Shown piece after piece: positions 48,106-56,970 of a stretch of DNA of 64,000 nt. Every line of letters begins with the position of its first letter. Position 1 is the first letter of the stretch. Under the pieces are notes generated by a model. That model did no database searches. It was not told the origin of the DNA and saw nothing but the letters and a program-made list of their open reading frames with translations. The stretch comes from an uncultured bacterium (GTDB lineage Bacteria > Methylomirabilota > Methylomirabilia > Methylomirabilales > CSP1-5): positions 19,541 through 83,540 of the forward strand of contig CAYGBT010000009.1 of the NCBI GenBank assembly GCA_964348275.1. Direction: 5' to 3'. The translations under genes and the position numbers were made by a program.

Positions 48106-48975
48106 TTAAAGGCGTACCGGGATGCCCCGTTCTTTCAGGTACGCCTTGGCTTCGCCAACGGAGATCTCGCGGAAGTGAAAGATGGAGGCAGCGAGTGCCG
48201 CATCCGCCTTGCCATGAGCAAAGGCCTCGAACAGATGCGCCATTGTCCCGGCTCCCCCGGAAGCGATCACCGGCACCCCCAGGCGCTCGGCGACCGACCG
48301 AGTCAGTTCCAAATCATACCCGTCCCGTGTTCCATCGCGGTCCATGCTGGTCAGTAGAATTTCCCCCGATCCCAACGCCACCCCTTGCTCCGCCCAACTC
48401 ACCGCATCGAGACCGGTCGGCGTCCGACCACCGTGAATATACACCTCCCACGACAGTCCGAGGTCCGACGTCGGAGGTCCGACGTCGGAGGACCGAGGTC
48501 CGAGCTCTGAGATCCGAGGATCGGTATCTAACGGTTTCATACTCGACTTCGCACTTCGGACTTCGGACTTCGCACATCTCTTGGCATCGATGGCAAGGAC
48601 AATGCACTGGCTTCCGAACCGTTCTGCCGCCTCTCGAATCAGCTGCGGGTTTTGCACCGCTGCCGTGTTGAGGGAAACCTTATCGGCCCCCGCCAGGAGA
48701 AGAGCACGGATATCCTCTGCGTCCCGGACACCGCCTCCCACGGTGAGCGGGGTGAAGGCCCGCTCTGCGGTTTTTTCGACCACGCCAATCAGGATCTTCC
48801 TGCGCTCAGCCGATGCGGTGATGTCGAGGAACACCAGCTCATCTGCCCCTTCCTGATCGTATCGCTCCGCAACTTCAGCCGGATCTCCCGCGTCTCGAAG
48901 ATCCACGAACCGGGTCCCTTTGACCACACGGCCATCCTTGACATCCAAGCAGGGGATGATCCGCCTCGCTAACAT
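48106..48975 (-). CDS. hisF: imidazole glycerol phosphate synthase cyclase subunit HisF, carrying a 42-aa repeat-encoded insertion
   Basis: Canonical HisF ends ([16 protein letters not shown]...; ...[23 protein letters not shown]). 289 aa versus about 250 expected; the extra segment [12 protein letters not shown]...SDLGLS maps to 48451-48576. Confidence 0.9.
   Translation of the reverse strand: MLARRIIPCLDVKDGRVVKGTRFVDLRDAGDPAEVAERYDQEGADELVFLDITASAERRKILIGVVEKTAERAFTPLTVGGGVRDAEDIRALLLAGADKVSLNTAAVQNPQLIREAAERFGSQCIVLAIDAKRCAKSEVRSAKSSMKPLDTDPRISELGPRSSDVGPPTSDLGLSWEVYIHGGRTPTGLDAVSWAEQGVALGSGEILLTSMDRDGTRDGYDLELTRSVAERLGVPVIASGGAGTMAHLFEAFAHGKADAALAASIFHFREISVGEAKAYLKERGIPVRL
48455..48580. 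repeat. 18 consecutive heptamers (126 nt) inside hisF: 10 x NGTCCGA-type, 3 degenerate, 5 x ACTTCGN (reverse-complement type)
   Basis: AGTCCGA GGTCCGA CGTCGGA GGTCCGA CGTCGGA GGACCGA GGTCCGA GCTCTGA GATCCGA GGATCGG TATCTAA CGGTTTC ATACTCG ACTTCGC ACTTCGG ACTTCGG ACTTCGC ACATCTC. Confidence 0.85.
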
Positions 48976-49703
48976 TGATGAAGCGTCTCCGTCGCCGCCC
49001 GGATAGCCGCTTCGAGCTCGACCGCGCCGCTGTAAAGGGCCTTTCCGAGGATGGCACCCGCCACACCTCTGATGGAGCGGAGCCGCCGAATATCTTCCAA
49101 GCGGGCAATCCCCCCGGAGGCGAGGACCGGGTGACGACTTATCTTGACCGTCACTTCCAGCCCCTCAAAATTGGGTCCCTCCAATGTCCCGTCCTTCAGG
49201 ATGTCGGTGTAGAGGATCGCACCCAACTCCAGCGACGCCACCCTCTCGACCACCTCCGTCACCGAACAGTCCGAGAGCTCACGCCACCCCTTGACCGCCA
49301 CCCTCCCTTCCTTGGCATCGAGAGCGAGGACGATCCGCCGCGGATAGGCCGCGCAGACCTCTTCCAGAAAATCCGGGTCCTGGATGGCGGTGGTCCCGAC
49401 AACGGCCATGGCGACTCCCGCGTCAAACACCGCTTCAACCGATTCCCGGGTTCTCAGGCCACCGCCCGCCTGGACCGGAATCTTGACCGCCCGCGCAACC
49501 CTCTCTATCAGAGAGCCGTGTTTAGGGGTTCCGGCAAACGCTCCGTCCAGGTCAACCACATGCAGACGCGGCGCCCCTCTGGCTTCCCACACCCTGGCGA
49601 CCGCCACCGGATCCTCCGCATACACCATCTCTCGGCTCGGATCCCCTTGGGTCAGGCGGACTGCTTTACCATTCTTGACATCGATGGCGGGGATGACCAA
49701 CAC
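48969..49703 (-). CDS. hisA: 1-(5-phosphoribosyl)-5-[(5-phosphoribosylamino)methylideneamino]imidazole-4-carboxamide isomerase HisA
   Basis: [19 protein letters not shown]...HVVDLDGA...ASGGI pattern. Confidence 0.93.
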   Translation of the reverse strand: MLVIPAIDVKNGKAVRLTQGDPSREMVYAEDPVAVARVWEARGAPRLHVVDLDGAFAGTPKHGSLIERVARAVKIPVQAGGGLRTRESVEAVFDAGVAMAVVGTTAIQDPDFLEEVCAAYPRRIVLALDAKEGRVAVKGWRELSDCSVTEVVERVASLELGAILYTDILKDGTLEGPNFEGLEVTVKISRHPVLASGGIARLEDIRRLRSIRGVAGAILGKALYSGAVELEAAIRAATETLHQC

Positions 49704-49718
49704 TCGAACGGCTCCTCC

Positions 49719-49900
49719 GCTGTCAGCAATCAGTTTAAGGCTAGCTATCAGCCGTCAGCAATCAGCAAATATTAGCTACCAGCAGTCAACAATCGGCTCC
49801 CAGCTATTAGACTCCTTTGAGTCGAGAGATCAAATCCTTTAAGCTTCTCATGGCTGACAGCTGCCAACTTACTGACCCCTGACAGCTGACTGCGACAGCT
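49719..49900. repeat. heptamer-repeat hairpin filling the hisA-hisH spacer (about 13 x GCNNTCA-type units, loop, about 7 x TGACAGC-type units)
   Basis: Left arm GCTGTCA GCAATCA ... GTCAGCA ATCAGCA ... GCTACCA GCAGTCA ... GCTCCCA GCTATTA. Right arm GCTGACA GCTGCCA ... GACAGCT GACTGCG ACAGCT. GCTGTCAGC (49719) is complementary to GCTGACAGC (49853). Confidence 0.75.
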
Positions 49901-50545
49901 CTACCTTTGGGCCAGTCTGCCAAAATTGGCAAGCAGCTGAAGGCCCAGCCTTTGGCTCTTCTCAGGATGAAACTGGGTAGCGAAGAGGTTATCCCGCCAG
50001 ATCATGGAGGTGAAAGAGATTCCGTATTCGGTGACGCCGGCTATGACGCCCTTCTCCTCCGGTTCCACGTAGTAGGAGTGAACGAAGTAGAAGTAGGAGC
50101 CGTCCGGGATCCCCTCCATAATCGGTACCTCTTTGCTTAGGTGTACCCGGTTCCACCCCATATGCGGAACCTTCAGCCGTGATGACCGATGACCGATGGC
50201 CGATGACGGGAAGGCCTCGGGAAAGCGACGGACTCGACCCGGGAGAAGATCAAGGCCCTTATGGAGGCCAAACTCCTCGCTCTCAGAAAAGAGGAAATGG
50301 AGGCCAAGGCAGATTCCCAGGACTGGCTTCCCTGATTTGACCTCCCGGCGTAGAGGATCGAGGAACCCTGCCGTCTCTAATGTTGCAATCCCGTCGGCAA
50401 AGGCACCGACCCCCGGGAGGACGATTCCCGCCGCATCCGCAAGCCGCTGCGGTTCTTTGACCACGCACGCGGAGACCCCGACTTTCTCGAAACCTTTCTC
50501 CACGCTCCGGAGATTGGCGATCCCGCTATCGATAATCGCAATCAC
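49901..50545 (-). CDS. hisH: imidazole glycerol phosphate synthase glutamine amidotransferase subunit HisH, with a short repeat-encoded insertion
   Basis: GVGAF, ICLG (Cys nucleophile), PHMGWN and FHPEKS motifs. The extra segment EAFPSSAIGHRSS precedes PHMGWN. Confidence 0.92.
   Translation of the reverse strand: MIAIIDSGIANLRSVEKGFEKVGVSACVVKEPQRLADAAGIVLPGVGAFADGIATLETAGFLDPLRREVKSGKPVLGICLGLHFLFSESEEFGLHKGLDLLPGRVRRFPEAFPSSAIGHRSSRLKVPHMGWNRVHLSKEVPIMEGIPDGSYFYFVHSYYVEPEEKGVIAGVTEYGISFTSMIWRDNLFATQFHPEKSQRLGLQLLANFGRLAQR
50181..50208. repeat. 4 tandem heptamers inside hisH (GATGACC GATGACC GATGGCC GATGACG)
   Basis: Reverse complement of the GGTCATC unit seen at 48072. Encodes SSAIGHRSS. 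Confidence 0.8.
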
Positions 50546-50549
50546 GTTA

Positions 50550-50648
50550 GTTTACCGTTCTCGGTTCACAGTTCACAGGAAAGACTCGAAGGCGCCATGA
50601 TCGCGGCTGGATACCGTGAACCGTGAACTGTCAACTGTGAACAAGCGG
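50550..50648. repeat. heptamer-repeat hairpin in the hisH-hisB spacer (4 x GTTCACA-type, loop, 5 x CCGTGAA-type)
   Basis: GTTTACC GTTCTCG GTTCACA GTTCACA ... CCGTGAA CCGTGAA CTGTCAA CTGTGAA CAAGCGG. Confidence 0.8.
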
Positions 50649-50650
50649 TG

Positions 50651-51238
50651 CTAGAGTTTCCCCTTTGTCGAAGGGATACCCTTGACTCGGAGATCCAGAG
50701 AGGCCGCCGCATCTAAGGCTCGGCCAGCCGCTTTGAAGACCGCCTCGGCCATATGGTGTGTGTTTTCGCCGTACGGGATTCCGATGTGGAGATTTGCCTT
50801 CAGGGCCGTGGCGAAGGCCCGAAAGAACTCTTTCAGGAGGACAGAGTCAAACTCCCCGATCTTTCCTGTCAGTCCGTCAGCCCGATACGCCAGGTAGGGG
50901 CGACCACTCAAATCTACAGCAACCCAACCTAGCGCGTCGTCCATCGGCACCACCGCCTGACCATAGCGCCGAATTCGAGCCCGGTTCCCCAGCGCTTGGG
51001 CAAAGGCCTCTCCAAGGGCCAACCCCACATCCTCCATCGTGTGGTGCGCGTCGACCTCTAAATCGCCCTTGGCTCGAACCGCCAGGTTGAAGAGGCCGTG
51101 TTTGGCCAGTTGCGCAAGCATGTGATCAAAGAAGGGGAGACCCGTCGTGATCCGGTAGCTCCCCGCCCCATCGAGCTCGAGCTCCACGGACACATCGGTT
51201 TCGGTGGTTCGGCGACGAATGCGCGCCTTGCGAGGCAT
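50651..51238 (-). CDS. hisB: imidazoleglycerol-phosphate dehydratase HisB
   Basis: RRTTETDVSVELELDG... and HHTMEDVG motifs. ATG at 51238 gives the typical 195 aa; the track ORF extends to 51313, overlapping hisD. Confidence 0.92.
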   Translation of the reverse strand: MPRKARIRRRTTETDVSVELELDGAGSYRITTGLPFFDHMLAQLAKHGLFNLAVRAKGDLEVDAHHTMEDVGLALGEAFAQALGNRARIRRYGQAVVPMDDALGWVAVDLSGRPYLAYRADGLTGKIGEFDSVLLKEFFRAFATALKANLHIGIPYGENTHHMAEAVFKAAGRALDAAASLDLRVKGIPSTKGKL

Positions 51239-51269
51239 GCGTCTTTCCTTGGCCCTCAAGGCCCTCCCT

Positions 51270-52562
51270 CTACGACCGTTGCCGGATCCGGACGGCCCGG
51301 GCATGGCCATCAAGCTCCTCGAGAGACGCTAACGTCATGGCAGGGCCTCCCAGCCGCTTCAGCCCTTCCTCGGTGAAGTGCAGGAGACTCGTGCGGTGTA
51401 CGAAATCCTCCACGGAGAGGGGGGAGGCAAACCGTGCCGTCCCGCCGGTGGGAAGAACATGGTTCGGACCAGCAAGATAATCCCCCAGAGCCTCGGGGGA
51501 GTAGGCTCCAAGGAAGATGGCTCCCGCATGCCGGATACGGTCCAGGTGGGACCAAGGGTCCTCGCAATGGAGCTCCACATGCTCAGGAGCGATGGCGTTG
51601 ACCAGCGTGAAGGCAGCCTCCAGGGTCGGCACCAAGAGGATGGCCCCGTTTTTGGCGAGGCTCGCCTCGGCAATCCTACGCCGGGGAAGATCATCGAGCT
51701 GCCGTCGGAGTTCGGCCGCCACCTTCTCAGCCACCGCTCCGCTGACGGTGATGCACAGGGTCATGGCCATCTCGTCATGTTCTGCCTGGGCGAGGAGATC
51801 CGCAGCCACATACGTGGGCTCCGCGGCTTCGTCTGCTACGACAACGACTTCGGTCGGTCCAGCAATTGTGTCGATGCCCACGACCCCGGCCACCAGCCGC
51901 TTGGCGGTCGCCACATAGATGTTGCCTGGACCCACGATCTTGTCCACCCTCGGGATGGAAGCCGTGCCATGCGCCAAAGCCGCGATCGCCTGCGCCCCGC
52001 CCACTTTGTAAATCTCCGTAATCCCCGCCAGCGAGGCGGCCACGAGAACCCCCGGATGCACCATGAGATCGGAAGCGACGGGGGTACACATCACCGTCCG
52101 CTTGACCCCCGCGACCGCAGCGGGGATGCCGTTCATCAAGACGGTGGACGGATAGACCGCCTTTCCCCCGGGAATGTAGATCCCGACCGCCTCCAGCGGC
52201 CGGCAGAGCTGGCCGAGGACCGCTCCCTCTTCGGTGACAAACCAAGAGTCGGGGAGCTGCCGGCGGTGAAACGTTTCAATCCTCCCTGCAGCCAGTCGCA
52301 AGGCCTCGACCGTCTCGGGAGCGAGATGGTCAAAAGCCCGCTCCACCTCTCCCGACGTGACCCGGAGCGTCGTGGGTGTGAGAGAAGCCCCGTCGAAACG
52401 CTGCACGTACTTCAAAAGCGCCGGATCCCCCTCCTCCCGTACCCCGGTGAGGATGGGGCGAACCGCCTCCTCTGCCTCGGCGGAAGCGGTAGCCCGGCGC
52501 AGGGCGAGCTCTCTCAAAAAGGCAACCCCTTCGTCCCCCTCCGCGTGGAGGAGTCGAATCAT
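51270..52562 (-). CDS. hisD: histidinol dehydrogenase HisD
   Basis: 430 aa with GPGNIYV, AGPTEV, QAEHD and APEHVEL motifs. Confidence 0.95.
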   Translation of the reverse strand: MIRLLHAEGDEGVAFLRELALRRATASAEAEEAVRPILTGVREEGDPALLKYVQRFDGASLTPTTLRVTSGEVERAFDHLAPETVEALRLAAGRIETFHRRQLPDSWFVTEEGAVLGQLCRPLEAVGIYIPGGKAVYPSTVLMNGIPAAVAGVKRTVMCTPVASDLMVHPGVLVAASLAGITEIYKVGGAQAIAALAHGTASIPRVDKIVGPGNIYVATAKRLVAGVVGIDTIAGPTEVVVVADEAAEPTYVAADLLAQAEHDEMAMTLCITVSGAVAEKVAAELRRQLDDLPRRRIAEASLAKNGAILLVPTLEAAFTLVNAIAPEHVELHCEDPWSHLDRIRHAGAIFLGAYSPEALGDYLAGPNHVLPTGGTARFASPLSVEDFVHRTSLLHFTEEGLKRLGGPAMTLASLEELDGHARAVRIRQRS

Positions 52563-53215
52563 GCTCCCCCTCCCTGAACGACGACCGTCAGTCGATCAAT
52601 CAGCTCACGGACTTGCCGGTACTTGGTCTTCAGGGCCGCCCGGTTCACAATGAGCCGAGCCGTCGAGGTGACAATCTGTTCCGTCTCCTCTAACCCGTTC
52701 TCCTGCAAGGTCCGCCCCGTCGTGACCAGATCCACGATCCGCTCGCAAAGCCCTCCCAGCGGTGCCAGCTCGATGGAGCCCGAAAGGTGAATGATCTCCA
52801 CCTGCATTCCCTGATCGGTGAAGTACCGTTCGGTCAATTTCGGATACTTCGTCGCCACCCGGAGGGAAGAGAAACCCATAGGTCTCCCTCGATTCTCGGG
52901 CTTCTTCGGCTGAGCTACCACCAGACGGCATGTTCCAAATTTGAGGTCTAGGGGTTCGTAGACATCCCGGTCCTGCTCGAGAAGGATATCCTTTCCCACC
53001 ACGCCCACATCGGTCGCCCCGTACTCTACATACGTGGGAATGTCGACCGCGCGGAGGACCAGGAAGCGGTATGCCCCGGTCACGTCTTCGCACAGGAGGC
53101 GCCGGGACTCCGTCAACCCCTCCAGTCCGTGGATCCCGGTCGCCTCGAAGAGCTTAAGGGTGTCTGAGAGGAGTCGTCCTTTTGGAAGGGCGATCGCAAT
53201 CTGTCCCTGTCGCAT
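52559..53215 (-). CDS. hisG: ATP phosphoribosyltransferase, short form HisG
   Basis: IALPKGRL...DIPTYVEYGATDVGVVGKD...LVTTGRTLQENGL; 218 aa. Confidence 0.93.
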   Translation of the reverse strand: MRQGQIAIALPKGRLLSDTLKLFEATGIHGLEGLTESRRLLCEDVTGAYRFLVLRAVDIPTYVEYGATDVGVVGKDILLEQDRDVYEPLDLKFGTCRLVVAQPKKPENRGRPMGFSSLRVATKYPKLTERYFTDQGMQVEIIHLSGSIELAPLGGLCERIVDLVTTGRTLQENGLEETEQIVTSTARLIVNRAALKTKYRQVRELIDRLTVVVQGGGA

Positions 53216-54472
53216 TCAGCCCTCCACCCGCTGGATTTCCCCCCCCAGGGAGCGAATCTTCGCCTCTAATTGTTCGTAGCCCCGATCCAGGTGATAGATG
53301 CGATGAACCACGGTCTCCCCGCGCGCCTGGAGTCCTGCCAAGACTAAGGAGGCACTCGCGCGGAGGTCGGTCGCCATCACGGGGGCTCCTCGGAGAAGGG
53401 AAACACCCCGGACCACGGCCGTCCGGCCCCCAACCGTAATATCGGCTCCCATCCGCAAGAGCTCAGGAACGTGCATAAAGCGATTCTCAAAGACCGTCTC
53501 TGTGATAGCAGACTTGCCTTTGGCAACCGCCATCAGGGCCATGATCTGGGCTTGCATATCGGTCGCGAAGCCGGGGAAGGGGGCGGTGGTAATATCCACC
53601 GGCCGAGGGCGGTTCGCCATTCGTATCCGCAGTCCCCCCTCGTCGAGCGCCACGGCCGCTCCCGCCTCCTCAAGTTTTGCCGTCACCGCTTCAAAGTGTT
53701 CGGGAACGCACCCCTGAATCACGACATCGCCCTGGGTAATGGCCGCTGCCACCGCCAAGGTCCCTGCCTCAATCCGATCCGGGATAATCCGGTGCGAGGC
53801 ACCCTTAAGTTCCTCGACCCCCTCAATGGTGATGGTGGAGGTTCCAGCCCCTTGGACCCGAGCCCCCATCCCTTGAAGGAGGCGAGCTAAGTCCTCGACT
53901 TCTGGCTCGCAGGCGGCATTTTCGAGGACTGTCGTCCCCTTGGCTAACGTCGCCGCCATCATGAGATTTTCCGTGCCCGTCACCGTGACCGTTTCAAAGC
54001 GAACGCGGGTCCCAGTCAGGCGAGGGGCCTTGGCCACCACGTATCCATCCACCAGGTCGATCTCCGCCCCCATCTCCTGCAGCCCGGTCAAATGCAGGTT
54101 GATGGGTCGGGGTCCAATGGCACACCCGCCCGGGAGCGACACCCGGGCTTTGCCAAATCTGGCGAGGAGCGGACCCAGCACCAAGACTGAGGCCCGCATG
54201 GTCCGTACGAGATCGTACGGAACCTCGAACCGTTGAATCGCCCGTGAGGTGAGACTCGCGGTCCCCGGAGCCACTTGGCGCGACTCCACTCCCATGAACA
54301 TGAGTAGCCTCTCGATCGTCGCCACATCCCGGAGCGACGGGACATTCTCGAACCTCAGCTCTTCAGAAGTGAGTAGGACCGCCGCCATAGCGGGAAGGGC
54401 AGCATTTTTTGCCCCGCTCACCGACGCGCTGCCGCACAACGGCTTCCCACCTCGAATCACCAACCGATCCAT
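53216..54472 (-). CDS. murA: UDP-N-acetylglucosamine 1-carboxyvinyltransferase MurA
   Basis: [27 protein letters not shown] start (418 aa), beginning 1 nt after the prmC stop. The track ORF extends to 54568. Confidence 0.94.
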   Translation of the reverse strand: MDRLVIRGGKPLCGSASVSGAKNAALPAMAAVLLTSEELRFENVPSLRDVATIERLLMFMGVESRQVAPGTASLTSRAIQRFEVPYDLVRTMRASVLVLGPLLARFGKARVSLPGGCAIGPRPINLHLTGLQEMGAEIDLVDGYVVAKAPRLTGTRVRFETVTVTGTENLMMAATLAKGTTVLENAACEPEVEDLARLLQGMGARVQGAGTSTITIEGVEELKGASHRIIPDRIEAGTLAVAAAITQGDVVIQGCVPEHFEAVTAKLEEAGAAVALDEGGLRIRMANRPRPVDITTAPFPGFATDMQAQIMALMAVAKGKSAITETVFENRFMHVPELLRMGADITVGGRTAVVRGVSLLRGAPVMATDLRASASLVLAGLQARGETVVHRIYHLDRGYEQLEAKIRSLGGEIQRVEG

Positions 54473-54473
54473 C

Positions 54474-55454
54474 TCACGCTCCGTTCGATCCTTTGACCAT
54501 CTCGTTCGGGGGGAAAGCCTTCTCCCTGACCTCTGCCTTCCACAACCGTCGACCCGTGCAGCGGGCAATGATCACCCGCTGCCTTCCGCTCAAATCGGGG
54601 ACGACCGCTACATCCGAGAAGACCCCCTGATCCCGAAAAAGCCTGTTGAGCGAGTGTCCCTGCCCCACTGTCATCTCCAGGGCCAACCATCCGGCTGGTC
54701 GGAGCAAAACCGAAGCCCCACTGATGATTCGCCGGTGAAAGGTGAGGCCGTCCTGTCCCCCATCCAAAGCCTCCACGGGTTCGTAGCGTACCTCGGGGGG
54801 CAATGTTGGCAGATCTCCCGTCGCGACGTAAGGTGGGTTGCTTACGATAAGGTCGAACTGGCCGCCAAGGCCCCGGGCGAAGAGCGGATGTAGTAGATCT
54901 CCTTGGAGGAAGGAGATCTGCTGGAGGACGCCGTGACTCTTGGCATTTTCCCTGCCCACCTCGATGGCCTTCCTGCAAACATCCGTCGCATAGATCTTCG
55001 CGCGTGGGAGCTGCTTCGCCATCGCCACGGCAATCGCCCCGGAGCCGCTCCCGATATCCGCGATCACGGGCGCCTCCTCCTCAGCCAGTCGCGCGAGAGC
55101 CGTCTCCACCAGGATCTCGGTCTCGGGCCGGGGGATGAGGACGACAGGGTTCACCTTGAGGGACAGGGACCAGAATTCCTTCGTTCCGGTGAGATAAGCC
55201 AATGGCTCGCGGGCCTGCCGCCGGGCGACAAGGGTCCTGTATGCTTCAAGAACCGGAAAAGACAACAGTTCTTGAGGAGCGGCATAGAGGTGGAGCCGGT
55301 CACAGCCAATGAGAGAAGCCAAGAGACATTCGGCGTCCAGCCGAGGAGTATCCACCCTGGCAGATTGCAGGAGCGCAGTCGCCCACACTATCGTCTCGCC
55401 AATAGATGGACCCCGCGGGGTGAGGACTACTTTTTCCTTGACCAACAGTCCCAC
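54474..55454 (-). CDS. prmC: peptide chain release factor N5-glutamine methyltransferase PrmC
   Basis: [12 protein letters not shown] motif and NPPY catalytic motif. Confidence 0.9.
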   Translation of the reverse strand: MGLLVKEKVVLTPRGPSIGETIVWATALLQSARVDTPRLDAECLLASLIGCDRLHLYAAPQELLSFPVLEAYRTLVARRQAREPLAYLTGTKEFWSLSLKVNPVVLIPRPETEILVETALARLAEEEAPVIADIGSGSGAIAVAMAKQLPRAKIYATDVCRKAIEVGRENAKSHGVLQQISFLQGDLLHPLFARGLGGQFDLIVSNPPYVATGDLPTLPPEVRYEPVEALDGGQDGLTFHRRIISGASVLLRPAGWLALEMTVGQGHSLNRLFRDQGVFSDVAVVPDLSGRQRVIIARCTGRRLWKAEVREKAFPPNEMVKGSNGA

Positions 55455-55475
55455 TGCACTTCTCCCTACTGGGGT

Positions 55476-56579
55476 TCATGATGCTGATGAGGCCTTGAGT
55501 CGCTCCGCCTCGTAATGGGCCATGAGGGCCTGCGTCAACTCTTGGAGGTTGCCACTGAGCACTTCTGGAAGATTATAGAGGGTTAACCCGATGCGATGAT
55601 CGGTCACCCGGCCCTGGGAAAAGTTGTACGTCCGGATCCGCTCGCTTCGATCCCCCGTCCCTACCTGCTGCCGCCTGGCGTCGGCGATCTCCCGCTCCTG
55701 CTCGGCCCGGGCTTGCTCCAAAAGACGCGCCCGGAGGACCTTGAGGGCCTTGGCCTTGTTTTTGTGCTGTGACCGTTCGTCCTGACAAGACACCACCAGG
55801 CCTGTCGGGAGGTGGGTGATACGCACCGCCGAGTCAGTCACATTCACATGCTGCCCCCCGGCACCGCTCGCCCGGAAGACGTCGATCTGGAGATCCTTCG
55901 GGTCGATCTGAACATCCACCTCCTCCGCCTCGGCCAGGACCGCTACCGTCACCGTCGAGGTGTGAATTCGACCGCTGGCCTCGGTCACCGGCACCCGCTG
56001 GACACGATGGACGCCACTCTCGTGTCGGAGCTTTCCGAAGGCCCCCTTCCCCTCAATCGCCAAAATGACCTCTTTCATCCCCCCGATTCCCGTGGGATGG
56101 GCCGAGAGCATCTCCACTTTATAGCTGGCAGACTCCGCATACCGGGAATACATCCGAAGAAGATCGGCGGCGAACAACGCCGCCTCATTGCCGCCGGCCC
56201 CGGCTCTGATCTCTATAATCACGCCCTTCTCGTCCGCCGGGTCCTTGGGAATAAGCATCCCGTGCAGCTCATGCTCCAGGACGTCTCGCCGACCCCTCAG
56301 CGCTTTGAGTTCGGCCTCGGCTAACGCCCCCATCTCCGGATCGGTCGTCTCCGCAAGGAGGGCCGTCGCCTCCTCCTGTTCATGAATCAGTCGCTGGTAA
56401 ACCCGATATTTTTCCACGATGGGATGGAGATCGGCGTGGGCCTTGGCGTGGCGCTGATAGGTGTTGGGATCCTGCAAAACGGCGGGATCGGCAAGCTTCT
56501 GGCTCAAGTCCTCGTACCGCTCCTCGATTTCCCGCAACTTGTCGAGCCAGGTCAACATTCGAGCTCGTTCACACTTCAC
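55476..56579 (-). CDS. prfA: peptide chain release factor 1
   Basis: PVTE tripeptide-anticodon motif (in [15 protein letters not shown], where RF1 normally has PxT) and GGQ (SGAGGQHVN). The GTG at 56579 lies in a heptamer block; the ATG at 56558 ([15 protein letters not shown]) is an alternative start. Confidence 0.94.
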   Translation of the reverse strand: MKCERARMLTWLDKLREIEERYEDLSQKLADPAVLQDPNTYQRHAKAHADLHPIVEKYRVYQRLIHEQEEATALLAETTDPEMGALAEAELKALRGRRDVLEHELHGMLIPKDPADEKGVIIEIRAGAGGNEAALFAADLLRMYSRYAESASYKVEMLSAHPTGIGGMKEVILAIEGKGAFGKLRHESGVHRVQRVPVTEASGRIHTSTVTVAVLAEAEEVDVQIDPKDLQIDVFRASGAGGQHVNVTDSAVRITHLPTGLVVSCQDERSQHKNKAKALKVLRARLLEQARAEQEREIADARRQQVGTGDRSERIRTYNFSQGRVTDHRIGLTLYNLPEVLSGNLQELTQALMAHYEAERLKASSAS

Positions 56580-56638
56580 CGGTCACCGACAGGTCCTTCA
56601 CCCCCACTCGGTAATCCGTGAATTATGAACCCGAATCC
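56566..56638. repeat. degenerate heptamer hairpin in the rpmE-prfA spacer (CGTTCACA CTTCACC GGTCACC ... CTTCACC / CCGTGAA TTATGAA CCCGAAT)
   Basis: Same xTTCACx / xGTGAAx family. Overlaps the prfA start and the rpmE stop. Confidence 0.6.
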
Positions 56639-56838
56639 GCCTTGCGGCGATATCTTCGCTGAAATCGCTCCACCCGCCCCTCGCTATCCACGAGCTTCTG
56701 ACGTCCAGTAAAGAAGGGATGGCACTTGGAGCAAATTTCCACCCGGATCTTCGGCACGACCGAACGGGTATGCATCACCTCGCCGCACGCGCAGGTAATG
56801 GCACAATCGACGTACTCAGGATGGATGCCTTTTTTCAT
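56623..56838 (-). CDS. rpmE: 50S ribosomal protein L31 (zinc-binding type)
   Basis: [19 protein letters not shown]...[10 protein letters not shown]. The track ORF extends upstream to 56958. Confidence 0.93.
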   Translation of the reverse strand: MKKGIHPEYVDCAITCACGEVMHTRSVVPKIRVEICSKCHPFFTGRQKLVDSEGRVERFQRRYRRKADSGS

Positions 56839-56893
56839 CTCGGTTTCTCCCATCCAGGGTGCACACGATGCCGAACGCCCCTCACCCGTGCTC

Positions 56894-56921
56894 ATTGTAG
56901 CACGCTGGGCCTCCGCGGCAA
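56894..56921 (-). promoter_or_regulatory. sigma70-like promoter (TTGCCG-N16-TACAAT) for rpmE-prfA-prmC-murA-his
   Basis: Minus strand: TTGCCG at 56921-56916 and TACAAT at 56899-56894, directly after the rho terminator. Confidence 0.4.
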
Positions 56922-56923
56922 CG

Positions 56924-56948
56924 AAAAAGCAGCCTTCCGGCTGCTTTT
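56924..56948 (-). terminator. rho-independent terminator after rho
   Basis: GCAGCC-GGAA-GGCTGC followed by TTTTT on the minus strand, about 25 nt after the rho stop. Confidence 0.7.
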
Positions 56949-56970
56949 GTCCGCGCAACTGCGCACCTGT

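Noticed and set aside
48455-50648. Possibility that the short regularly spaced repeats are a CRISPR array.
   Set aside because: The units are 7 nt in direct tandem with no spacers, they vary in sequence, several lie inside genes, and there are no cas genes. They are not CRISPR.
51378-52577. A 399-aa plus-strand ORF, and similar ORFs at 34456..35343 and 57196..58134.
   Set aside because: They are antisense to hisD, ntrY and rho respectively, with compositionally biased translations.
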